In this document: positions 56,610 to 64,000 of the stretch, piece by piece
How the letters are laid out: each line of letters starts with the position of its first letter
Position numbering within the stretch: the stretch's first letter is position 1
NCBI GenBank assembly: GCA_963662275.1
Contig: OY759316.1
Span: forward strand, 320,001 to 384,000
Length of the DNA stretch: 64,000 nt
Reading direction: 5' to 3'
From: Candidatus Cloacimonadales bacterium
Lineage (GTDB): Bacteria > Cloacimonadota > Cloacimonadia > Cloacimonadales > DAONDQ01
Program-made: the position numbers and the translations under genes
Notes under the pieces: model-generated
What the model was told of the DNA's origin: nothing
Seen by the model: the letters and a program-made list of their open reading frames with translations, nothing else
Databases searched by the model: none

Positions 56610-58133
56610 TTAAAACACAAGATGATCTATATCAAATAAATGATCAATGATGTCTGTTGGCAAGATAGCGGGTGTACCTTTATATTTTGCCAGGTTTTCT
56701 GCTGTTTTGCCCAATATCCATGCGGCTGCCGGAGCTGCCTTGTGTATCGGTAGATGTTGACTGATAAAGGAAGTTACAATACCTGCCAGAACATCACCAC
56801 TTCCACCGGTAGCAAGACCATCATTACCGGTGATCATGAAATCCATATGCTCCATATCAGCATAGATAGTTGTTGAAGATTTTAGCAGAACATGCGTACC
56901 CCAAGTATTAACAAATTTTGCCAGATGACCAATCACATCACGTTCGAGTTCTTCGATAGAAAGACCTACTAAACGGGAAAATTCACCTATGTGCGGAGTT
57001 AGAAGTATCGGTCTTCCCTTGAGCTTGAACAACAAGGAGGAATCAGAAGCTAAGGCATTTAATCCATCGGCATCTATAATCATGGGTTTCGACCAGTATT
57101 TCAGTAAATACTCAGCGAGTTCCTGGATATTTTGCCCTTTACCAATACCTGGTCCAACAAGTAAAACATCAAAAGGTTCGAGTTTTTCTAAGAGTTGATC
57201 ATGTTCATATTTACCCTCTTCGTCTTGTGGTATTGTCTGGGACATAAGTTCCATGACTTTTCCGGCAAAGATATTTTCCATTCCTTGTGGATAAAACAGC
57301 GTTACTAAACCAGCTCCAGCCCTTAAACAAGCTTTTGATGACATCAAGGCAGCACCTGAAAATCCTGGAGAACCGGCGATCACAGCAATTCTACCGTAAG
57401 AACCTTTATGATTTAATCGGTTACGAATTGGAAAAGAGACTGTATCTTCTGTAACTAGATTCGCTGATTTCACGTTTTTGTAAAACTTTTCAGGGATACC
57501 AATATCAATGACTTTTGTGGTTCCGCATCGCATCATCCCTGCATTAAGTAAATGCCCGTATTTCAAAGCTGCAAGAGTTAACGTGTAATGAGCTTGAATA
57601 CATAATCGGGAATTTCCGGTAAAACCATTCAGACCGGTTGGCATATCTATGGAAACAACTAATTTAGCTTCAGAATTAATGTCTTTTACTACTTGCGAAA
57701 TGAAGGCGTCTAATTCACCTTTAAATCCAGTTCCAAAAATGGCATCAATGACCAGGGCGTAGCGTTCAAGATTGACTTTATTTTCTTTCCAACTTTCAAG
57801 GTCAGAAGATTCGGATATAGGAATCTCCAGTTTTCTACAAAGAGCATAATTATTTTGCGTTTCTTCAGACATCTGTCCAGGGTTACCTATCATGATGATT
57901 TGAACAGGATAATTCCAATGAGCAAGCCATCTTGCGATCACCAATCCATCACCGCCGTTATTACCGGAACCACAGATACACAAAACATTAGCAGGTTCAG
58001 GAAGGATTTCTCTTCTTAAGAATTCTGCGCAGCCTAAACCGGCATTTTCCATCAGGATACGTGATGGGATACCTAATTCCTCAATTGTACGTTGATCTAA
58101 TTGTTTCATTGTTTCGGGAGCGACGATTTTCAC
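56610..58133 (-). CDS. nnr: Bifunctional NAD(P)H-hydrate epimerase/dehydratase
   Basis: LMENAG, GNNGGDG, DAIFGTG, HKGSYG, GPGIG, DADGL, TPHIGEF, LATGGSGDVLAG. Confidence 0.95.
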   Translation of the reverse strand: MKIVAPETMKQLDQRTIEELGIPSRILMENAGLGCAEFLRREILPEPANVLCICGSGNNGGDGLVIARWLAHWNYPVQIIMIGNPGQMSEETQNNYALCRKLEIPISESSDLESWKENKVNLERYALVIDAIFGTGFKGELDAFISQVVKDINSEAKLVVSIDMPTGLNGFTGNSRLCIQAHYTLTLAALKYGHLLNAGMMRCGTTKVIDIGIPEKFYKNVKSANLVTEDTVSFPIRNRLNHKGSYGRIAVIAGSPGFSGAALMSSKACLRAGAGLVTLFYPQGMENIFAGKVMELMSQTIPQDEEGKYEHDQLLEKLEPFDVLLVGPGIGKGQNIQELAEYLLKYWSKPMIIDADGLNALASDSSLLFKLKGRPILLTPHIGEFSRLVGLSIEELERDVIGHLAKFVNTWGTHVLLKSSTTIYADMEHMDFMITGNDGLATGGSGDVLAGIVTSFISQHLPIHKAAPAAAWILGKTAENLAKYKGTPAILPTDIIDHLFDIDHLVF

Positions 58134-59620
58134 GGTTCCTCCTTCAAAGTAAATTCAAATGTCGTACCTTCACCTATTGTACTTTCAACAACACGAATCT
58201 TTCCGTGGTGATAATCTTCAATAATTCTTTTTGCTAAACTTAAGCCCAAACCCCAACCGCGACTCTTGGTAGTCACTCCGGGTTCAAATATCTTATGGAA
58301 CATTGATTTTGGCATTCCCTTACCTTCATCCTTGATCTGCACAGTGATAATCTGATTCCTGTAAGTTGCCGTGATAATAATATTTCCGCCTTTCTGAGTC
58401 ATGGCATCGATGCAATTTTTGATGATATTCTCCAAAGTCCATTTGATTAGATCCGGCTCGATTTTAACAATATTTTCCTGGATCTTGGAGATGTAATGAA
58501 TTTGAATCTTGGAACCTAAATGAGGTAAACGCTCGTCAAAATAGGATACTGTTTCCTCGATTAACAAGTTGAGGTTGTAAGGTACGAGTTGAATCGAAGA
58601 CCCAACTTTTCCAAAACGAAAAGCTATGTTCTTGAGATGATCAACATCCGCTGACATATGATCCAGTAATGTACTGGTCTCAGGGAAATTATTCGTACCA
58701 GAAAGCTTCATCTTCAGGAAATCAATCCAGCCAACCAGCGAAGTGATGGGTGTACCGAACTGATGAGCTGTTTCTTTTGCCAAGCTCACCCATAAGGCAT
58801 CTTTTTCGGTTTTCTTCAAAAGCAATAGACCATATACACCAAAAGTGATAAAAGCAATCACCAGGAGAAGTTCAATAATTGTCATATACCTGATTTGCTG
58901 TAATGACTTGGAGGCTGTAAAATACACAAAACCGAGGTTATCTTCCTGGCTCTGTAAAGGGATTTCATACATCCCCATTTCCTTGATATTCAGCAATTGT
59001 CTTTGAAGTTTTGATAGTTGAGAATAAGTGAGATTTTCTTCAATTCCAATATTTCGCCAGTATAATGGGATTCGGTTCATATCTGTAACAATGATGGGAT
59101 AATCGATCTGCTTAATAAAATCCTGGAATGTAACAGGCTGTTGATAATACACATAATTGATAATTTTACCTTTGTATTTCACAGGTATCTCACTCATCAT
59201 ATGAATAAAATGGAATAACTTCCGCTGTTGCTGAAAATTCAAATCATCAAAACGGATATTCTCGTCGATATTTACATTTTTCCAATAAGTTGGTTTCCGT
59301 TTATTGTCAGTTAGGATGACAGGATACGTGATCTTCTGAATAAATTCATCCCGGATATATCCGGCGATTTTAATTTCATAATTATCTTCAGGGACAAAAG
59401 TAAGGTAAGTAGCAAAAAGTTCAGGGACCAGAGTTGAATTAATTTCAGCATTTTTCAAATAGCTGTCAGTATAGGCAATATATTTTGCAAAGATTTTCGG
59501 AACTAATTGAGCATCATTTTTGGCATTCTGAATCAGAACATTTGTATAAATAATGAATACTCCCATGAGCATAAGAGAACCTAAAATAAAATACAAACGA
59601 ATCAGATCATTTCGATTCAT
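58130..59620 (-). CDS. Membrane sensor histidine kinase
   Basis: Two TM segments; ETAHQFGTP H-box; ENIIKN, DEGKGM, TTKSRGWGLGL. Confidence 0.92.
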   Translation of the reverse strand: MNRNDLIRLYFILGSLMLMGVFIIYTNVLIQNAKNDAQLVPKIFAKYIAYTDSYLKNAEINSTLVPELFATYLTFVPEDNYEIKIAGYIRDEFIQKITYPVILTDNKRKPTYWKNVNIDENIRFDDLNFQQQRKLFHFIHMMSEIPVKYKGKIINYVYYQQPVTFQDFIKQIDYPIIVTDMNRIPLYWRNIGIEENLTYSQLSKLQRQLLNIKEMGMYEIPLQSQEDNLGFVYFTASKSLQQIRYMTIIELLLVIAFITFGVYGLLLLKKTEKDALWVSLAKETAHQFGTPITSLVGWIDFLKMKLSGTNNFPETSTLLDHMSADVDHLKNIAFRFGKVGSSIQLVPYNLNLLIEETVSYFDERLPHLGSKIQIHYISKIQENIVKIEPDLIKWTLENIIKNCIDAMTQKGGNIIITATYRNQIITVQIKDEGKGMPKSMFHKIFEPGVTTKSRGWGLGLSLAKRIIEDYHHGKIRVVESTIGEGTTFEFTLKEEP

Positions 59621-60386
59621 ACTTTTTTACCTGGTTCCAAATCTCATCCATTTGATCAAGAGTGGAATCATAGATATTTTCCCCTTGCTTTGAATAATGC
59701 TCTTCTATACTCTTAAATCTGCGTTCAAATTTCCTGGTGGTTTGGTTGATAGCACTTTCTGCATCGATATGAAGCTTTCGTGACAAATTAACAAGAGTGA
59801 AGAGCATATCACCAATTTCCTCACTAATATGTTCCTGGTTATTTTCATCTAATGCTTCTAATAATTCATTTCTTTCTTCATCTAATTTCTCCAGGACAGG
59901 GTGAATATCCTGCCAGTCAAAGCCTGTCGAAGCAGCCTTTTCCTGGGTTCGCTGAGCTTTGATCAATCCTGGCATGGATTGAGGAATTCCATCCAAAACG
60001 GATGTACGATGATGTCTCTTCTCATGATGTTTAATCTTTTCCCAGTTTTGTTTTACAGTGTCTGCATCTGAAATACTCTCATTTCCAAAAATATGGGGAT
60101 GCCTGCGGACTAGTTTTTGATTAATTCCCTGGAGAACTTCATCCATAGAAAAAGCATTATTTTCCTGTGCCAGACGAACCTGCATAACAATATGAAGCAA
60201 CAAATCTCCCAATTCTTCACATAGGGAGTGATAATCATCTGTTTCAATGACTTCTACAGCTTCATAAAGTTCTTCGATCATGTTCGGGATCAAAGAACGG
60301 GAAGTCTGCTTCAAATCCCAGGGACAACCATTTTCCGGATCCCTGAGAATGGCTACGATTTCTATTAATCGATCAAATTCGTTCAT
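59607..60386 (-). CDS. mazG: Nucleoside triphosphate pyrophosphohydrolase
   Basis: LRDPENGCPWD, EELGDLL, KLVRRHPHIF, EEIGDMLF. Confidence 0.96.
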   Translation of the reverse strand: MNEFDRLIEIVAILRDPENGCPWDLKQTSRSLIPNMIEELYEAVEVIETDDYHSLCEELGDLLLHIVMQVRLAQENNAFSMDEVLQGINQKLVRRHPHIFGNESISDADTVKQNWEKIKHHEKRHHRTSVLDGIPQSMPGLIKAQRTQEKAASTGFDWQDIHPVLEKLDEERNELLEALDENNQEHISEEIGDMLFTLVNLSRKLHIDAESAINQTTRKFERRFKSIEEHYSKQGENIYDSTLDQMDEIWNQVKKYESK

Positions 60387-60604
60387 AAATTATTCCTTTC
60401 TCTATCCTATAAAACATACATGAAAATTAAAAAAAAACAGGCAAGGGAAATTTAGAGCATTGATTTAGAAATTTACAGACCTGTGGGAATATCCCAATTA
60501 TTTTGTTTGAAAAGAGGGTAGATGAACATTGCTGGATAAATTCTTGGGTCTATCTCAAAATATATCTTAAATAACCGTGCAAGGAAGGTGCAAATAAAAT
60601 CATG

Positions 60605-60651
60605 TAGGGATCATCTAGGGATCATCTAGGGATCATCTAGGGATCATCTAG
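60605..60651. repeat. 11-bp perfect tandem repeat (TAGGGATCATC x4)
   Basis: Directly visible in the sequence. Confidence 0.9.
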
Positions 60652-60872
60652 ACTTTGATAGTTTATCCTTGATTTATGATTGCTTTTTGTATATTTTCTC
60701 TTTTCTTGGTTTTATAGGAAGGAAGAAAGACAGGGAAATCTCTATCAGTATAGTAGGTATTTACCTTAGATTTATCTAAGCTTATAACAGAGATTTAAGT
60801 GTTTCTTAAAGCATGATAAATATGAGCATACTAAAAAATATCATAAATGATTCACATATGCAAGGAAAATCA

Positions 60873-60902
60873 TTGACATAATAAAAACAGGAATTGTATT
60901 AT
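60873..60902 (+). promoter_or_regulatory. Sigma70-like promoter (TTGACA-18-TATTAT) of the C10 protease gene
   Basis: Near-consensus -35 and -10 elements about 250 nt upstream of ATG 61154. Confidence 0.55.
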
Positions 60903-61153
60903 GACTCTTACCTTTTTGGCAATTAGGGGAAACGATAGAGAGGCAATTAGATTGTAAAATCTGATTTCCTAAACAAGGAATCGTAAGTTATTTTTTTAGT
61001 TCACTTAGGTGGAAGGAGTGATTAGCTCAGATGATTCGTATTGATTTCAGATGCGTTTCTTTCCAAATAAAGGATAAACAGATATCTGGAAAGAGTGATA
61101 GATTAACCAAAAACAAAGTAACCTATTTAAAAACCATTTAACAAGGAGACAGG

Positions 61154-64000
61154 ATGAAAAAAAGTGTATTATTCGTATTCGTTATGTTGCTTCTTACTTG
61201 TTTAACCTGGGCAAAACCAATTTCTTTAAACCAGGCAAAACAGGTTGCAAACAACATCATGATGGAACGGGGGAGTTTCATCAAATCAACAATTACAGAT
61301 AACATTGTAGAAAGAGACAACACGGGACAACCTCTGATTTATATTTTCAACTTCAAGCCAGCAAGCTTTGTCATGGTTTCTGCTGAAGATAATGTTGTTC
61401 CATTACTAGGTTTTTGTTTGGACCAAACCTATAGTAATAGCAATCATCCAATTCAATTTGATGATATGATGGCTAGTTTTCGTGGTCAGATCCAATACGC
61501 TCGTTTACACAGACTTAACTCAACTACCGAGATTAATAATGATTGGGCGCGGTTGAGTGTATCCACGAATAATTTTATACCGAACCATAATCGTGACCGT
61601 GATGTAACTCCTATCCTTCAATCGACTTGGGGACAGGAAAGTTATTATAATGCCTATACACCTTCTGGGACTCCTGTTGGTTGTGTGGCTGTTGCTATGG
61701 GTCAGATTATGAAACGCTGGAGTTTCCCAACAACCGGTACTGGTTCTAACAGCTATTCATGTCCACCTTATGGAACCCTATCAGCAGATTTTAGTACCTC
61801 AACTTATGCCTGGTCAACCATGCCCAATGCGCTTAGTTCTGCTAATCCAGACGTTGCAGGTCTTCTTTCTGATCTGGGAATTTCTGTAAATATGGATTAT
61901 GCTCCCGGTGCATCAGGTGCAACAGATGCAGCTGCTGCAAGTGCACTAGTTGATCATTTCAGTTATAAGAGTACTTTATCTGTAGTTAATAAGAATGGTT
62001 ATCCGGGTGGTGATGTAGCTTGGACAAATCTGATGCGTGCCGAAATTGATGCAGGTCGCCCCATGTATTATGCAGGTTATGGTATCAACAATGGTGAGTA
62101 TGAAGGTCATGCTTTCAATCTAGATGGCTACACAATCTCTGGTAATCTCTTTCATTTCAACTGGGGCTGGTATGGATATTATAACGGATATTTCACGTTG
62201 ACAAGTTTAAACCCCGGTGGTTCAGTATTTAATGATGACTGTTCTGCTATTATTGGGATTCAGCCAACTGCTGCTGCCGGCGGAACCCTATCCGAAGCGT
62301 TTAACGGTGTCACAGCACCCGCCATGCCAACCGGATGGATTGTTACTCCTGCATCAACATGGGTAACTGCTACGGCTGGGACTCTTGAAGGAACGAACTC
62401 GGCTTATTATACAGCGGTAGGAACTGCTTTTTCAGGAAAAAGACTAGTCACTCCCAAACTAACAGTAGTTGCCGGCAACACGATTAGTTTTTATGCAAAA
62501 CGAGGCTCTACAACAGGGGTTACTATCAAAGTAAAATGGTCTTCAGACGCAATCAGCTATAGTGATTTTTCCACACCTATATCACAAAGCTTGACAGGTA
62601 CTGCGACCACATATTCATTCCCGATTGGTACTTATAAGACAGGTGATTACTATGTTGCATTTGAAACCTACACCACTAATTCTACAGGAACCAGGCAAAT
62701 CTACCTGGATAGTGTTGTAGGTCCGGCACTTTGGATCAATTCATCTCCTGTTATCACCCTGAATACATCCACCTGGAATGCAGGGAATGTTGCCTCGGGT
62801 TCAGTTGGGTCATCAGGAGATATTTTTACTATTACCAATACAGGTTTAGCTAGTTTGACAATTACTTCTGCTGTTATCTCAGGTCCCAGCGCAGTAAAGT
62901 TCAACACTAACTTTAATACAGGCACCGTCCTCCAGTATAATCAATCGTATTCTTTCGGTTTTAATTATGAACCAACGATATATACGTCTGATACAGACAC
63001 TCTAACAATTGTGACAAATGGGGGAACGAAGAAAATCGTTTTAACCGGTACTTGCCAGTACAACATCATTAGTGATGGGTTCGAGTCTTATACAGACTTT
63101 GCCTTATCATTTCCACCTTGGACTTGTACTGATGTGGATTTGAAGACTACATATGGTATGAATGGTGTCAGTTGGGCAAATGCATATGCTGCCCAAGCAT
63201 TCATTATTTTTAATCCTTCGACAACCGTTCCACCTTTAGCAGGAGAAGTTAATGCCCCGCATGGTGGTGCAAAAATGGCTTGTAGCTTTGCCTCAGTACC
63301 TGGAAGTCCGGCGACTGCAAATAATGATTACTTGATTACTCAATTATTATCATTATCTGGATCAGGCTCAGCAACAGTGAATTTTTGGGCAAAATCTTAT
63401 GATCCTGACTATCTGGAAACATTCAAAGTTAAGTATTCGACAAGCTCTAATGCAGTTGGCAGTTTTTCAAATACACTGGCAACTGTGACATCTGTACCTA
63501 ATGCCTGGACTTTCTATACCTATACATTAACAGCAGTACAAGCAGCAGCATGTAAATATATTGCCATTAACAATATCGGATTGGACAAATACATTCTGAT
63601 GATTGATGACTTCTACATTCATGATGCTACTACACCTCCTGCACCACCGAGTTTCGGCAATGTAGAAGGATTTGTTTATGCCTACGGGACAACAACTCCG
63701 ATTCCAAATGCCTTGGTCACAGTTGGTGTGAAGACTGCTACGACCAATGCAAGCGGTTATTACAAAGTCAATAATTTGATTGTGGGTACCTATACAATGA
63801 CCTGCTCTGCACCAGGGACATTCTATTTTAGTACAACTCAAGCTTCTGTTGCGATCACGAGTGGTGCAACAACAGAACAAGCATTTGGACTGAAATGGTC
63901 AACCATCGCAGCAAATCCTACTACACTGACACAGACATTGAATCCGTTTGCGACTGCTGATCAGACTCTGACAATTACAAATCCTACAGGTACGGATAGT
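61154..64000 (+). CDS. Secreted C10 (streptopain/SpeB-like) cysteine protease with propeptide and adhesin/Ig domains; truncated by window edge, absent from ORF track
   Basis: Manual translation, spot-checked in frame to the end: signal MKKSVLFVFVMLLLTCLTWA; prodomain FVMVSAED..VPLLGF; catalytic WGQ...VGCVAVAMGQIM; GHAFNLDGY; FHFNWGW; later NNDYLITQ and GNVEGFV..PIPNALVTV. Confidence 0.9.
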   Translation, partial: MKKSVLFVFVMLLLTCLTWAKPISLNQAKQVANNIMMERGSFIKSTITDNIVERDNTGQPLIYIFNFKPASFVMVSAEDNVVPLLGFCLDQTYSNSNHPIQFDDMMASFRGQIQYARLHRLNSTTEINNDWARLSVSTNNFIPNHNRDRDVTPILQSTWGQESYYNAYTPSGTPVGCVAVAMGQIMKRWSFPTTGTGSNSYSCPPYGTLSADFSTSTYAWSTMPNALSSANPDVAGLLSDLGISVNMDYAPGASGATDAAAASALVDHFSYKSTLSVVNKNGYPGGDVAWTNLMRAEIDAGRPMYYAGYGINNGEYEGHAFNLDGYTISGNLFHFNWGWYGYYNGYFTLTSLNPGGSVFNDDCSAIIGIQPTAAAGGTLSEAFNGVTAPAMPTGWIVTPASTWVTATAGTLEGTNSAYYTAVGTAFSGKRLVTPKLTVVAGNTISFYAKRGSTTGVTIKVKWSSDAISYSDFSTPISQSLTGTATTYSFPIGTYKTGDYYVAFETYTTNSTGTRQIYLDSVVGPALWINSSPVITLNTSTWNAGNVASGSVGSSGDIFTITNTGLASLTITSAVISGPSAVKFNTNFNTGTVLQYNQSYSFGFNYEPTIYTSDTDTLTIVTNGGTKKIVLTGTCQYNIISDGFESYTDFALSFPPWTCTDVDLKTTYGMNGVSWANAYAAQAFIIFNPSTTVPPLAGEVNAPHGGAKMACSFASVPGSPATANNDYLITQLLSLSGSGSATVNFWAKSYDPDYLETFKVKYSTSSNAVGSFSNTLATVTSVPNAWTFYTYTLTAVQAAACKYIAINNIGLDKYILMIDDFYIHDATTPPAPPSFGNVEGFVYAYGTTTPIPNALVTVGVKTATTNASGYYKVNNLIVGTYTMTCSAPGTFYFSTTQASVAITSGATTEQAFGLKWSTIAANPTTLTQTLNPFATADQTLTITNPTGTDS

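Noticed and set aside
60903..61153. Riboswitch in the long 5' leader of the protease gene
   Set aside because: No recognisable aptamer consensus or clear terminator; an Rfam scan would be needed.

Overview
AT-rich bacterial chromosomal window. It is most consistent with Candidatus Cloacimonadota or a related FCB-group diderm; this is inferred from lpxK, outer-membrane barrels and several secreted proteins with YPNPF-type C-terminal sorting domains. From left to right it holds: (1) a minus-strand lemA-lpxK-rpsU-cvpA-mutS2-dnaG-rpoD(partial) block; (2) accessory genes at about 7-23 kb (nitroreductase, DUF4932-like HExxH protein, methyltransferase, nucleotidyltransferase, TrmB plus CPBP, EamA, secreted proteins, THUMP RNA methylase, oligopeptidase B), mostly separated by mosaics of shared hairpin/REP and heptamer repeats; (3) a SWIM-SNF2 helicase; (4) a ~1,900-aa adhesin-like protein; (5) a type I restriction-modification locus with an extra half-HsdS, RhuM and a DUF45 protease; (6) a heterodimeric ABC exporter preceded by a candidate leader-peptide attenuator and a 26-bp tandem array inside a perfect 31-bp inverted repeat; (7) a three-gene operon of a ComEA-HhH beta-barrel, a FadL/PorV-like barrel and a secreted 5'-nucleotidase, which is the best candidate for an undescribed extracellular nucleic-acid capture and salvage system; (8) acyl-CoA synthetase, AI-2E transporter, nnr, a histidine kinase with an internally duplicated sensor, and mazG; and (9) a C10 cysteine protease-adhesin that runs off the end of the window and is missing from the ORF track. 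No rRNA, tRNA, CRISPR array, transposase or integrase was recognised.
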